Shown here one piece after another: positions 53,815-64,000 of a stretch of 64,000 nucleotides of DNA; the stretch's first letter is position 1, and each line of letters opens with the position of its first letter. The notes beneath the pieces were generated by a model. The model was not told where the DNA came from. It saw only the letters and a list, made by a program, of their open reading frames with translations, and did no database searches. This DNA comes from Mantamonas sphyraenae STR306 (taxonomy: Eukaryota; Protista; CRuMs), in NCBI GenBank assembly GCA_026936335.1, contig JAPMXV010000003.1:1-64000 (forward strand). The letters are read 5' to 3'. The position numbers were made by a program, and so were the translations under genes.

Positions 53815-56800
53815 CTAGTCCAAACGCATCACCTGAAGCCCCTGAGTCGTCTTCTCGGCTCGCATGCGCTTGCTGAGCGCGCGCTTCACCTTGGCGATAT
53901 AAAACGAAATTGTCACATACCCCGACCCTTTCGACATCACGGCCTGCTTGTTGCGTTGTGTGGCGCGCAGATCAAATGCACCTTCCAGTCGACCCTCGTC
54001 TCCGTATGGCTTCAGCGATACAACCACGGCCAGGACGGGGCCGCCGAAACGCTTCGAGTTCACCTCCACCGTCACGCTCTTCTGCGCGTCCAGGGCCTTT
54101 TCGATACCGGCCAGTGTGCCACGCAGAAACAGACTTTGCTCGCTGTCCACCACTGTGCCCCCGTTGGCATTCAGGGCAAACAGGTCTGTCTCCAGCTCCT
54201 GGTTGAACATCTTGAAGCACACCTTGGCCGAGTCGTCCTCGCGCTCGTAGTCTGTCAGGTACAGCGAGTTGATGGCAAAGGTGCACTGCCACACTGTGTC
54301 CACAAAGTGGTACTTCGGGTTGTCCAGCAGTGATCGCTGTTTCGTCGCAGCCGCCATCGACGCGTACGGGATGGTTTGCATCCATTCGGTTGGCAGCGGG
54401 TCGCATGTGAAAAACTCGTGGTTTTCAAGGGCATACACGCCGTGGTGGTACCGAACCTTTTCCTGCACCTGCTTGTCGTACGACTGCACAGGCATCAGAC
54501 CAAGCTCCACCTTGACGGAGCACACGCCTAGCTCGTCCGAAATAAACAGATGGCACAGCTCCACCTTGGACGATGACAACAGCTCCTTCAAGGGGATGTT
54601 CACATGCCCATACGCCGTGTCTGAAAGATCGGATCCCAACGCAATGCGCACCTTCTGGCCCATGAGGTACATGCGCATCCCCTTCCAACTCTCGGCATAC
54701 ACATGGAACACACGCAGGTCGTTGATTGGGATGTTGGGTGTCTTGTGGCAGTCGATGGGGATGTCCACGTGCTGCTTCAGCAGGTCGTACGACAGCCTGT
54801 AGTTCCCCACACCAAACACGCTTGCCAACGGCGGCGCGTCGTTGATGGCTGATAGGTGGACGTCCGTATGTCAGCGCTGGGTTCAAGCCACAGTCCAATC
54901 ACACTCATACCCCAGTTGCACACAACTTACTTCGCACAAACACAATGATGCGGTACAACGTCAACTTGGGCAACAAAAAGTCATCGCTGGTTCGCTGTGG
55001 CCTCACAGGCTTGCCGTAGGGCAGCCTGTACGCCCAGCCATCGGGGATTGCAGCCTCCTCCACTTTGAACGTCAGATTGGCGTTGCCCTTGGTGCTGGAT
55101 GTCAACAGTGATGTGCTCGACGACGACGACGATGATCCGGTATTTGCGTTGTATCCGCTGTTCTGTCGTGTCAACGCCGTCTCTTCGCTCACCGGCACTC
55201 CCAGTGCTCTCGCAAACTGCAGTTCCAGCTTGATGAGCTTCTTCTCCAGGCTGTACAAGTCGTAGCAGTTCTTACACACGCGGTACGAGCGGTACATCGA
55301 CGTCGTGTCGATGTTCTCCAGGTTGTTGCGGCACTCCACCGTGTCAAACCACGAAAAGTGCTTCCCGCGACCCTTCAGGTGCATGTTCATCTGCCGAATC
55401 ATTTTCAGTGTCAAGTGGTGCTGCAAGTCTTCCACCTGGAAGCGTGCCAGGCACGACTTGCACTTGATTGTCCTGTGATAGTCCTTGCGCGGCCGCTTTG
55501 CTGCCATGCGCTCTTCCATGCTCATGGTGCCCTCGTCCCCGCCCACCATCGCATAGCCAGACGCAAGGATCTCTGCGTCGGTTTTGGACACCTTTTCCTT
55601 GCCCTTACGTGAGCGCACGCCTCGCTGCTGTGCGTTGACCGCTTCGCTCAGCTGCCGCATCGCATCCTTCGCTCGGATTCGCTTTGGGATCGCTACGGGC
55701 TTGGCTCGGAATGCTTTGACTTGAAGGAACCAGTACTGCTCCTTGGCATCCTTCACATAGTCGCAGATCATCTCCTGGAAGCGCACCGGCGGCCACGCTT
55801 GTTTCTCGATCATCCTCGCAACTCGGATGTTGCACTTTTCCAGATCCTTGGCCACCATGCCTGTCATGCGGAAGATGCTCGTCCGGTCTGGATCCGTGCT
55901 GCGCACCGTGTACAGGTCCCGGTAATCCATGATCTCGTCCGTGTCCATTCGGTACTTGTTTGTGATGACGTACGCAAATGGCCGCTTCTGCTCTCGCCAC
56001 ACCGCTCGCACAATGAACGCCTTCAAACCTTTGGGACGCACGTACTGTTGGATCACAAACTGGTTGTCCTTGCCTGCATTGCGCAGCGCGTGCGACAACT
56101 CTTTCGTCCCACACAGCTGCAGGTCTGTTGAGTTTGTGTTGTATCCCCGCCTCTTGATCACACACGTCAGTTTGCTCTCGTCTCCGTCGTATCCCATCCG
56201 CTTGATGATGTCCGTGTCCTTGAACGACTCGGTTCTACCCACGCCACGCCAAGTGTCAGTCGAACCCGTACCCACCACCACCCACAAGCACAAGGCGCTC
56301 CATTGCACAGCCCCCCACCCACACACGTCCCCAACTCTGTCATTTCTCATTTCTTCCTACCTGTACACAAAGCCCTCCTTCGAGGTGTAGATCCAGGTTT
56401 GGTTCCGCGAGTTGCCCGAGTTGATGATGATGGTGTCTGGGATATGCAGCTGCAGCCGCCCTGTCTTTTTCTTTTGCTTGTCCTTTGATCCTTCCGGTGG
56501 CCTGATTTATGTCCGTTTGTTATGTGTGTGTGTGAGCAAGCGTTGACCCGGGAAAAGGGCTGCAGATGACCACGCGCGGATTTCGGCTTGGCAACGGTCG
56601 ACCCTCAACGGCGCTCACACAGCGTTGCCAAGCTCTTTATCACGCTTGGAACTGCTCTCACTCCCCTTACCTTGCCAGATACTGGTAGCAATCGACACCA
56701 GGTTGCACATGGACGTCTTCGTTCATGTAATCCTTGCCCCGGAACGCAGCGCGTTCAAACGCCTCGGTGATCTTCTTCTCCACCACCGGGTGAAGCTCCT

Positions 56801-56898
56801 CCTCCGAGTCGTACCCCTGCTCAGCAGTGTTTCCTTGTGTTAGCAACCCGCTCGTTCTGCCCAGATACATCTCACGCCACCGCTCAACACACTTCCAT
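53815..56898 (-). CDS. Large uncharacterised multi-exon protein (ATP-grasp-like N-terminal half, CxxC pairs, possible C2-like C-terminus)
   Basis: Same-strand ORFs 56667-56870, 54905-56350 and 53815-54828 joined by GT-AG introns; LHIPDTI, FVIQQYVRPKG, DYVKDAKEQYWFLQVKAF, CKSC...VCKNCY. Confidence 0.6.
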
Positions 56899-56938
56899 CG
56901 TCAGCTTGGCCTTTGCAGCGCGCCAGGCAGGCAAACAC

Positions 56939-58837
56939 ATGTTTTCGCCTCACCTGCGTCCACACACAGCCCCGTGTGTGTGGCTCCACCCGTCTCACGC
57001 CGACGCCTCATTCTACGCGAGCACCCTGTGCACCATCGAGGCCGGCGATTCTTTGGCCACCCTCACTTTGCAGCTCGCCTGGGACGTCTCTCTGAACACA
57101 GACCAGGCTGGACTGCCCAGCGCCTTGGCTTCGTATGTATGGGGACATGCGGAGCTTACCTCGCTGACCGTTCTGCCGTTGGACACACGGAAGCAGGCTG
57201 CCAGCCGTGCGGACTCAGTCGAACTGATAGTGCCCGCCCAGTACATCTCTGACCCCTTCAAGGTTGCCTGTAGCCGCCAACTACGTGGATACACACTGTT
57301 CAGCGTCGCCTGCGTGCGCTATAGAGACCGCGACGTCATCGTGCATGTCCAGCAAGGCCCATTGGTCATGCACAGGCAGACCTGCGTTACCCTCCAGGCC
57401 GAGGACGAGGAACTCCTCACTCTCACTCCAAGCCAACACACATGCTACCAAGACATCATTGCGTTGCACACACACGCCCCTGGCTCCACCTTTGTCCTCG
57501 ACGGTCCTGCAGGCTGCGGCAAAACTCATCTGGCACTGTTCCTGGCCCAGCAGACCCCTGTCCACTCGATCTCCATGATCAACATTGTCGCTGAGTATCC
57601 TGACGGACGTCCAGGGCTCCTTGCTGCTGCTACCAAGGATGCCCTTTCCCAGGCCGCCGTTTGTGTCGTGGACGACCTGCACGCAATCGCTCTCCTCGCC
57701 GACGACGAGCCCCAGGAGTACCAGTCACTGTGCAAGGATGTAGAGGCAATGCTAGAGACCCTCGCCGAGGCAGGAGTCTCTCAACTGCTTGCTCTCAACA
57801 AGAAATCTGCCTTGCCGACTTCCATTCGGCAACACACCGGGTTGCAGCTCACATCCCTCTCCCTGTCCATGCCAAGCGACGCAGACCGAGCGCACGTCCT
57901 CCAAACCCAGGAAGATTCCCTCGTCAGGGCGACCAAGGGTATGAACATTTCCCAGGTCCTTGCACACGAGCAGCAGAGCACCACATCCTCCACTTTGTCC
58001 CACTCTTCCTCCTCGCCCTCTCCAAGCGTATCCAAGCCCGTTCCAGTTTTTGTCGGAGCACAGAAGCTTGTAGAACGACTGGAGCGCTTATTGGTGTGGC
58101 CCACCGAACACAAGGAGGCTTACGATCGCCTGGGCATAGAGGCGCCGCGTGGCTTGCTACTGTACGGACCCACTGGCTGTGGCAAAACGGCTGTGTTGCG
58201 CCACGTGTTGGCCAAACACAATGTACCGGTTGTGCACGTGCAGCCCACTCGTGTGCTGAGCAAGTACATGGGCGAGAGCGAAGAGTGGCTCGTCAACTTG
58301 TTCGACGCCGCACGCAAGCAGGCTCCCTGCTGTTTATTTATTGACGACATTGACATCATCGGTCTCGACCGCCAGGACGCGCAGGACTCAACAGGGGTCA
58401 GCCAACGGCTCGTCAGCACCATGCTCAACGAGATGGACGGCGTCGAAAGCGTTGGCCAAGTGCTCATGGTTGCTGCCACCACACGGCCCTGGGAGCTCGA
58501 CTCGGCTCTTGTGCGCTCCGGTCGCTTTGATCAGTGGATATACGTTGCCAACCCTGACGGCAACCAGCGTCTCGCTCTCCTTGAGCATGCATCTGCAAAC
58601 ATGCCCCTCGACGACAACGTTGACCTTGCCCACGTCGCCGGCGAACCCACACAAGGCTTCTCCTCCAGCTCCATTCTGTCTTTGTGTCGTGCTGCTGCCA
58701 TCAAGGCCCTTCAAAACGACGACCAAGCCTCCGTGGTCACGGCTCACGACTTCCAAGCCGCCCTCGACGACTTTGTGTGGCCCACCGTGTCTGAAGACGA
58801 CAAGAAGGCGTACAGCGACTTTTCAAACAGCATGTGA
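56939..58837 (+). CDS. Double-ring AAA+ ATPase of the CDC48/AFG2 (SPATA5-like) group
   Basis: Walker A GPAGCGKT and GPTGCGKT, PRGLLLYG, SKYMGESE, MLNEMDG, ATTRPWELDSALVRSGRFD. Confidence 0.85.
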   Translation: MFSPHLRPHTAPCVWLHPSHADASFYASTLCTIEAGDSLATLTLQLAWDVSLNTDQAGLPSALASYVWGHAELTSLTVLPLDTRKQAASRADSVELIVPAQYISDPFKVACSRQLRGYTLFSVACVRYRDRDVIVHVQQGPLVMHRQTCVTLQAEDEELLTLTPSQHTCYQDIIALHTHAPGSTFVLDGPAGCGKTHLALFLAQQTPVHSISMINIVAEYPDGRPGLLAAATKDALSQAAVCVVDDLHAIALLADDEPQEYQSLCKDVEAMLETLAEAGVSQLLALNKKSALPTSIRQHTGLQLTSLSLSMPSDADRAHVLQTQEDSLVRATKGMNISQVLAHEQQSTTSSTLSHSSSSPSPSVSKPVPVFVGAQKLVERLERLLVWPTEHKEAYDRLGIEAPRGLLLYGPTGCGKTAVLRHVLAKHNVPVVHVQPTRVLSKYMGESEEWLVNLFDAARKQAPCCLFIDDIDIIGLDRQDAQDSTGVSQRLVSTMLNEMDGVESVGQVLMVAATTRPWELDSALVRSGRFDQWIYVANPDGNQRLALLEHASANMPLDDNVDLAHVAGEPTQGFSSSSILSLCRAAAIKALQNDDQASVVTAHDFQAALDDFVWPTVSEDDKKAYSDFSNSM

Positions 58838-58887
58838 ACGACAACAACAAACATTGTGTGTGTGTGTGTGTGCATTGATCCCCCTCC

Positions 58888-60492
58888 TCACGGGGCGGTG
58901 TCGAGCAGGCGCGTCCTCACCTCCCATCGCAAGTTGTCTCGGCGCTTCTCGGTCGGCACCTGGTACGTGTTTGGCTTGATGCGACGTGAGCGAGTGTTGC
59001 CTGTGGCTGTTTGGGGCCGGCGACGCGACGCCTGGTCCCGTGCAGAGGCCTGTTTGCGGCGCCTGCCGTTGGCATCCCACTGCCGGCTATGCTTCTGGAA
59101 CAGCGCCACGGGATCGGACTTGCGTACGTTTCCGCTGATGAATCGCTTGCCCTTGGGTTGTTCTTCCGTGCGAATGAAGCCCACGTAGCGTCCGTAGTCC
59201 CCATCGCCTCCATGCGCGCTGCGTGCGCTTTGTGGCCTGCGCCGTGCGCTCCCTCGTGTTCCCTGCTCGTTGTACGCAAACCTGTCCTCACCATCCAGGT
59301 TCAAGTGCATCAGCGACGGTTGCATGTGCACCACCGACCGCCCGCTGACCACCGACACGTTGTGCAGGTCCTCGTCTTCATCGTCCTCGTCGTCCTCGTC
59401 GTCGTCTTCTCCCGCCAATACCTCCTCTTCACTCAGTACCCCCTTGCCGTACTGTTTCATCTCGCGTGCACGCTCCCTGCGCAGCTCGGCGTCCAGATCG
59501 TCCTCTGCATCCAGATCGACGTCGTCCACCTGTTCGTCTCCATTCGCTTCCGCATCGTAGCCCCGCACCCCACGAAGGTAGTCCTTGTGGCGCTTGGCAA
59601 TGTCTGTGCTGCGTCCACGCTGCTGGATCTTGTGCTTTCCGCTGCTGCGGCTCTTCTTTGCAGGTGTCGCCTTGGCGGGTGACAACACTGTCCCGCGGTG
59701 CGCATACAGGTACTCCGCCAGGGCGTCCTGCTCCAGCTTGCTTGCTCCTTGCATGTTCAACATGTTCTCCTTTTCCACCAAGTCCTGCTGTTGCCCTCCG
59801 TGGCTCTTGTTGCTGTGCTCCTGCTTCTGGCTTGTTCGCGATTTGCTCCCTTGTTTCTTCTTGCCTGAACCCACCTTGCGCGCCGTGCCCCGCTTCGGAT
59901 CTGTCTTTACACGCGCTTTGCGGTTCTTCTTGCCACTACCTACACCTCCCTGCGCCGTGTTTGCGCTTCGTGCACTGCGGTGCGGCGATCCATGACTCGG
60001 CCGGTTGCTGTGTTTTTGTCCCCCGGATTTGGCGCGCCGAACGTTGGCCAGCGTCTTCCTCGTCTCCTCCTGCTCCTCTTCCACATGTCCCCAGTTCACG
60101 TGCGCTCCACTCCCCCCGTGTCTTGCCTGCTCTGTTTTCTCCTGAAATCCGCCCATTCCACTCGCTGTTGATGCTCCATGCGACCCAGCTCCTCCACCGA
60201 ACGTGTTGCTCAGCTGCGCTTGCCGCATCAGCTGGTACTGCTGCTCCTGCGCCTGAAGAAACGTCTTGCGTTGTTCATACCGCTTCTCCTGTTCTGCCAT
60301 GTCATACGCAAGCTTTGCGTTTCGTTGTTCCTGTGCCTCCTTCACTAGGCTGGCCTCGTCGGGGAACTGTGACTGCAGCTCCGCCACAAACTCGTCCAAC
60401 ACCTCTTCCGGGATATCTGTGTAACCCATGGCCTCCAACTGCTTGCTTACCACGTCCCGTGTCACCATCTGTGTCTTTGCCTTGCTCGTCAT
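58888..60492 (-). CDS. HYLS1: Centriolar protein HYLS1-like
   Basis: N-terminal QLEAMGYTDIPEEVLDEF; C-terminal RKSDPVALFQKHSRQWD and PNTYQVPTEKRRDNLRWEVR (HYLS1 C-terminal box). Confidence 0.8.
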   Translation of the reverse strand: MTSKAKTQMVTRDVVSKQLEAMGYTDIPEEVLDEFVAELQSQFPDEASLVKEAQEQRNAKLAYDMAEQEKRYEQRKTFLQAQEQQYQLMRQAQLSNTFGGGAGSHGASTASGMGGFQEKTEQARHGGSGAHVNWGHVEEEQEETRKTLANVRRAKSGGQKHSNRPSHGSPHRSARSANTAQGGVGSGKKNRKARVKTDPKRGTARKVGSGKKKQGSKSRTSQKQEHSNKSHGGQQQDLVEKENMLNMQGASKLEQDALAEYLYAHRGTVLSPAKATPAKKSRSSGKHKIQQRGRSTDIAKRHKDYLRGVRGYDAEANGDEQVDDVDLDAEDDLDAELRRERAREMKQYGKGVLSEEEVLAGEDDDEDDEDDEDEDLHNVSVVSGRSVVHMQPSLMHLNLDGEDRFAYNEQGTRGSARRRPQSARSAHGGDGDYGRYVGFIRTEEQPKGKRFISGNVRKSDPVALFQKHSRQWDANGRRRKQASARDQASRRRPQTATGNTRSRRIKPNTYQVPTEKRRDNLRWEVRTRLLDTAP

Positions 60493-60589
60493 CTCTCGTG
60501 CGCCTCGCTTGGCCCCGTCTGCGCATACGCACACACACCATCCACCTCGACACTTCCAGAACCTCCTGTCCTTCAACCGAAAGACACAA

Positions 60590-62351
60590 ATGTCCACCCG
60601 AGGCTCGGATACCACCCCTCCACCCGTTTCTCCCAGCAAGGGCAGCCGAAACCTCGTCCGCATGGATTCGACCACCGGCCTGAAAACCAAAACCCGCCGT
60701 GTGCGCAGCTTTGGCGACGCCTCGGTCTATCTCGACGGCCGCCCGCCCTGGTACACCGCCTCTGGAGAGGCCAAGGAAGCCTTTGTCATCGGCGTCGCCG
60801 GCGGCACCGCTTCGGGCAAAACTTCCGTGTGCAAGGAGATCATCCGCTCGCTGCAGCTGCCCTGGGTTGTCCAGCTTTCTCACGACTCCTTCTACAAGAG
60901 CCTCGAGGGCGAGAACCGTGAAAAGGCCAGCCGAAACGACTACAACTTTGACCATCCCGACGGTACGTGCAGCGCGTGCTTGGCTCCCCGGTCCGGGAAA
61001 TGTGTTTCGCTCGAGAGCTTTCCACCACTCACTCCCATTCTTCGTCCGGCCTCCCGCCTTTCCTGCAGCCATCGACAACTCTCTGTGTGCAGAAACGTTG
61101 CGCAAGCTCAAACAGGGTCACGCTGTCGACGTGCCCATCTACGACTTTGCTTCCCACACGCGCACAGGCAGCATCCGCAAGTACGGTGCTGACGTGATCA
61201 TTTTCGAGGGCATCATGGTCTTTTGCGACCCGGAGCTCCTCGAACTCATGGACATGAAGGTGTTTGTCGATACAGACGCAGACATCCGCCTCGCCCGTCG
61301 CCGTATGTTCTGTTTCCCTCCGTGCGCAGTGGACGAGACGCACCGTGCTGACCCTGCCCCCTCGAAACCACACACACCCATCCCATCCCACCCTTGCATC
61401 CTTCTCTCCTCTCCCCGCTCCTGCCCTGAACTTTCCTTGTAAACAGTGCGCCGAGACTGTGCAGAGCGTGGTCGCGACCCCATCGGCGTGCTGGAGCAGT
61501 ACGAACGCTTCGTCAAGCCCGGCTTCGACGCACTGATTGCACCCAGCATGCGCCACGCCGATGTCATCCTTCCGCGTGGCGCCGAGAACAAGGCTGCCAT
61601 CAAAATGCTCATGGAGCTGGTGTCGGACATCTTCCGCAGCCGTGGTGTGCAGATGCGCTCCACGTTTGCCAACCTGGCCCTCGGCTCCCAACTGCCGCGC
61701 AACCTGCACACCATCAAGATGAACAAGCAAACCAAGGCCTGCCTCACCATCATTCGCAACAAGGACACCTCTCGCGAGGACTTTATCTTTTTCATGGACC
61801 GCGTCTCTCGCCTGGTGCTCGAAGAGGCCGTCAACCTTGCCACCGACTTTGAGGAGGTCGAGGTGCAAACCCCCACGGGTGGCATCTTTAAGGGCCTGCG
61901 TAGCACAACCAAACTGGTGGGCTGTTCTATCGTCCGCGCAGGCGAGGCAATGGAGGGTCCGCTCAAGGACATCAGTCCCGTGCCAGTGGGCAAGATCCTC
62001 ATCCAGCAACTGCACAAGCGCCACCACATCATGGACGAGCCCAAGCTGTTTTACTACAAGCTGCCCGACCAGATCACCGACGGCAGGCACAAGGTCATCC
62101 TCATGGACCCTACGCTGGGCTCAGGCGCTGCGGCCATCATGGCTGTCCGTGTCCTCCTCGACCACGGCGTCAGCGAGGACCACATTGTGTTTGCAACCTT
62201 GGTTGCATCTGCACAGGGTGTCCAAGCCCTTTCCTACGTGTATCCAGGTCTCACCATCGTCGCTGCCGAGGTCGATCCGGAGCTCAACGAAAAGTGCTGG
62301 ATCTGCCCGGGTATGGGCAACGTAGGCAACCGCTACTGGGGTACAGAGTAG
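60590..62351 (+). CDS. UCKL1: Uridine kinase-UPRTase fusion (UCKL1-like), 3 exons
   Basis: [85 protein letters not shown]. Confidence 0.92.
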
Positions 62352-62406
62352 TTGGACATCCAAAGAAACAAATCATGGTTGCATTCGTGACAGACTCTCT
62401 CTCACA

Positions 62407-64000
62407 TCACACTTTGACCTTGCGCTGTCCGGAGAACAGCATGCGTACGAGATGCTCCCACAGCCATGCTGCAACGCTGCTGCCAACCAGAACCGCCAGT
62501 ACAGTCATGCGGAACGTGTTGTCTGGGTACGCTTCCAGCTCCAGCATTTCGTTCAGCGGGCCGATGATGTCTGCGGCGAGCACCAGCGTCACCGCAGACG
62601 CGAAAGCAAGGCCACCCATCAGCTTCTTGTTGCTGCTGATGCTTTCCATGTACGGCTCGCCACGGTAGTTGTTGATGAACGTGGACACCTGCATCACCGT
62701 GAGCACCAGGTACACCACAGTGCTCACGATGTTGGGTTTGAAGTCGGCCTCGAGGTCGATCACCCAATCGGCTGGCATGTGCACAGAGGCCATCTGCACA
62801 AGGTAGATGAGCGAGCCCAGGTACAATGCAAACTGGCCAATGACAGAAAGAACAAAGTACAGACAAAAGATCGACGGATCCGGCCTTTGTGTGTCCAGGG
62901 ATCGTACCGGTTTGCTTTGGGACATAAAGAGGAAGCACACACTGATGACCATGGCTTGGAAGGTCATCTGCGTGTCCCCCAGCTTGACGCCGTCCAGGTG
63001 CAGCACACTCATGCCGTACGCCTGGACCAGGCAGTTCAGCGCAAGGATCTTGTACATCTGAAAGGTCGTCACAAGTGTGCAGCGCCCCTGCTGGATCACC
63101 TTGACCACACTAAACGCCTGCATGCGCTTCGACGTAAATGGCGCAGCAATGGACGCATCGCCCAGCTTCACCAGCGGCACCTCCTCGTCCGTCTTTTCCA
63201 GCTCTCGCAGCATCTCGTCCAAACGTTCCTGCGGCGTCATCTTGGATGGATCCTTGGGCGCAGGCGCGTTTGCAGATTCTCCGTCCGCAGAGGTTGATTC
63301 GCTGGCCCCCGAAGCGCGTGCGCGCAGTTTCTTCTTGCTGATCTTCTTTGGGGCCGAGGATGCGGCTGGGCGTTTGCTCGTTCCTGTGCTGTTGCTCCCG
63401 TGTGTGGAAACAGACCCAGAAGTGGAGGAGGACGAGGACGAGGAAGAGATTTCGTCAGAATCGTTGTTTGTGGGTGCCTCGCCGAGCAGGGCCACGCCGA
63501 CGTGGGCCTGTTTGAGAGCGCCCACGTCGTTTGTTCCGTCGCCACACATGAGTGCGTAGTAGCCGTTGGTCTTTAGAGCGTTGAGAACAAGCTCCTTCTG
63601 GTCGGGAGAGACACGTGCAAACACTTTCACCTTGGACACCCAGTACGCAAAGGCCTTTGTGTGCTTGAGGATGTCGAGGGTAGCACCAGTGACGCACACG
63701 TCGCACTCTGCAAACAAGGCGTCGTCTCCGTGCTGCGGATCAAATGGAGTGGACTGCAGCTCGTCAATGCTCAGCCACACGAGGGATTCAGGCGAGGCAG
63801 CGTCGGATACACCGTCGCTGTCGCTGTCATCGTTTTCGGAGCTCGTGAGGATGCGCACGGGCTTGCGCACGATGCCCAGCTCGGCACTGACCTTGCAGGC
63901 AGTGAGTGCGTTGTCGCCTGTGATCATGACGACTTCGTGCGATGCTTCCTGCAGTTGGCGCACGGTTTCGAAGCTGTCCTTCTTGATGGGGCAGTCAAAG
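62407..64000 (-). CDS. ATP13A1: P5A-type ATPase (Spf1/ATP13A1), 3' part; runs off the window
   Basis: MITGDNALTA, VFARVSPDQK, MCGDGTNDVGALKQAHVG, KLGDASIAAPFTSK, QGRCTLVTT, NYRGEPYMES. Confidence 0.95.
   Translation of the reverse strand, partial: FDCPIKKDSFETVRQLQEASHEVVMITGDNALTACKVSAELGIVRKPVRILTSSENDDSDSDGVSDAASPESLVWLSIDELQSTPFDPQHGDDALFAECDVCVTGATLDILKHTKAFAYWVSKVKVFARVSPDQKELVLNALKTNGYYALMCGDGTNDVGALKQAHVGVALLGEAPTNNDSDEISSSSSSSSTSGSVSTHGSNSTGTSKRPAASSAPKKISKKKLRARASGASESTSADGESANAPAPKDPSKMTPQERLDEMLRELEKTDEEVPLVKLGDASIAAPFTSKRMQAFSVVKVIQQGRCTLVTTFQMYKILALNCLVQAYGMSVLHLDGVKLGDTQMTFQAMVISVCFLFMSQSKPVRSLDTQRPDPSIFCLYFVLSVIGQFALYLGSLIYLVQMASVHMPADWVIDLEADFKPNIVSTVVYLVLTVMQVSTFINNYRGEPYMESISSNKKLMGGLAFASAVTLVLAADIIGPLNEMLELEAYPDNTFRMTVLAVLVGSSVAAWLWEHLVRMLFSGQRKVKV

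Noticed and set aside
1-64000. Alternative nuclear genetic code
   Set aside because: TAA, TAG and TGA all terminate conserved genes at expected positions (e.g. CCT5, UCKL1, MTR4); the only supported recoded stop is the SelK Sec codon

Overview
Left end of a chromosome from a GC-rich, very compact eukaryotic (protist-like) genome. It has spliceosomal introns, a HYLS1-like centriolar gene and Sec/SECIS usage; the species cannot be determined from sequence alone. A (CCCTAA)n telomere (1-165) is followed by a ~170-bp opposite-skew segment with fold-back similarity, then two tandem paralogues of an unrecognised repeat-domain gene. Next come a complete intronless telomerase reverse transcriptase (TERT) ending only ~6.6 kb from the telomere and ~25 housekeeping and genome-maintenance genes: POLE2, ACSL, BCKDHB, selenoprotein K with SECIS, FANCM, BTF3, TRM8, TMX2, MTR4, CCT5, PrimPol, kelch/coiled-coil, DUSP12, OXSM, RAD21/REC8, an AAA ATPase, HYLS1, UCKL1 and a P5A ATPase. 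Genes alternate strand almost perfectly, with 40-181 bp between divergent start codons and abutting or overlapping stop codons. The four minus-strand tandem exceptions place TERT, FANCM, PrimPol and a Zn-finger gene 28-105 nt behind another gene's stop. PrimPol is in frame with its upstream neighbour across a single TGA and may start at CUG. Strong C-over-G skew on the + strand near the telomere shapes introns and protein composition. All gene models were spliced by eye, so exon boundaries and some starts are predictions.
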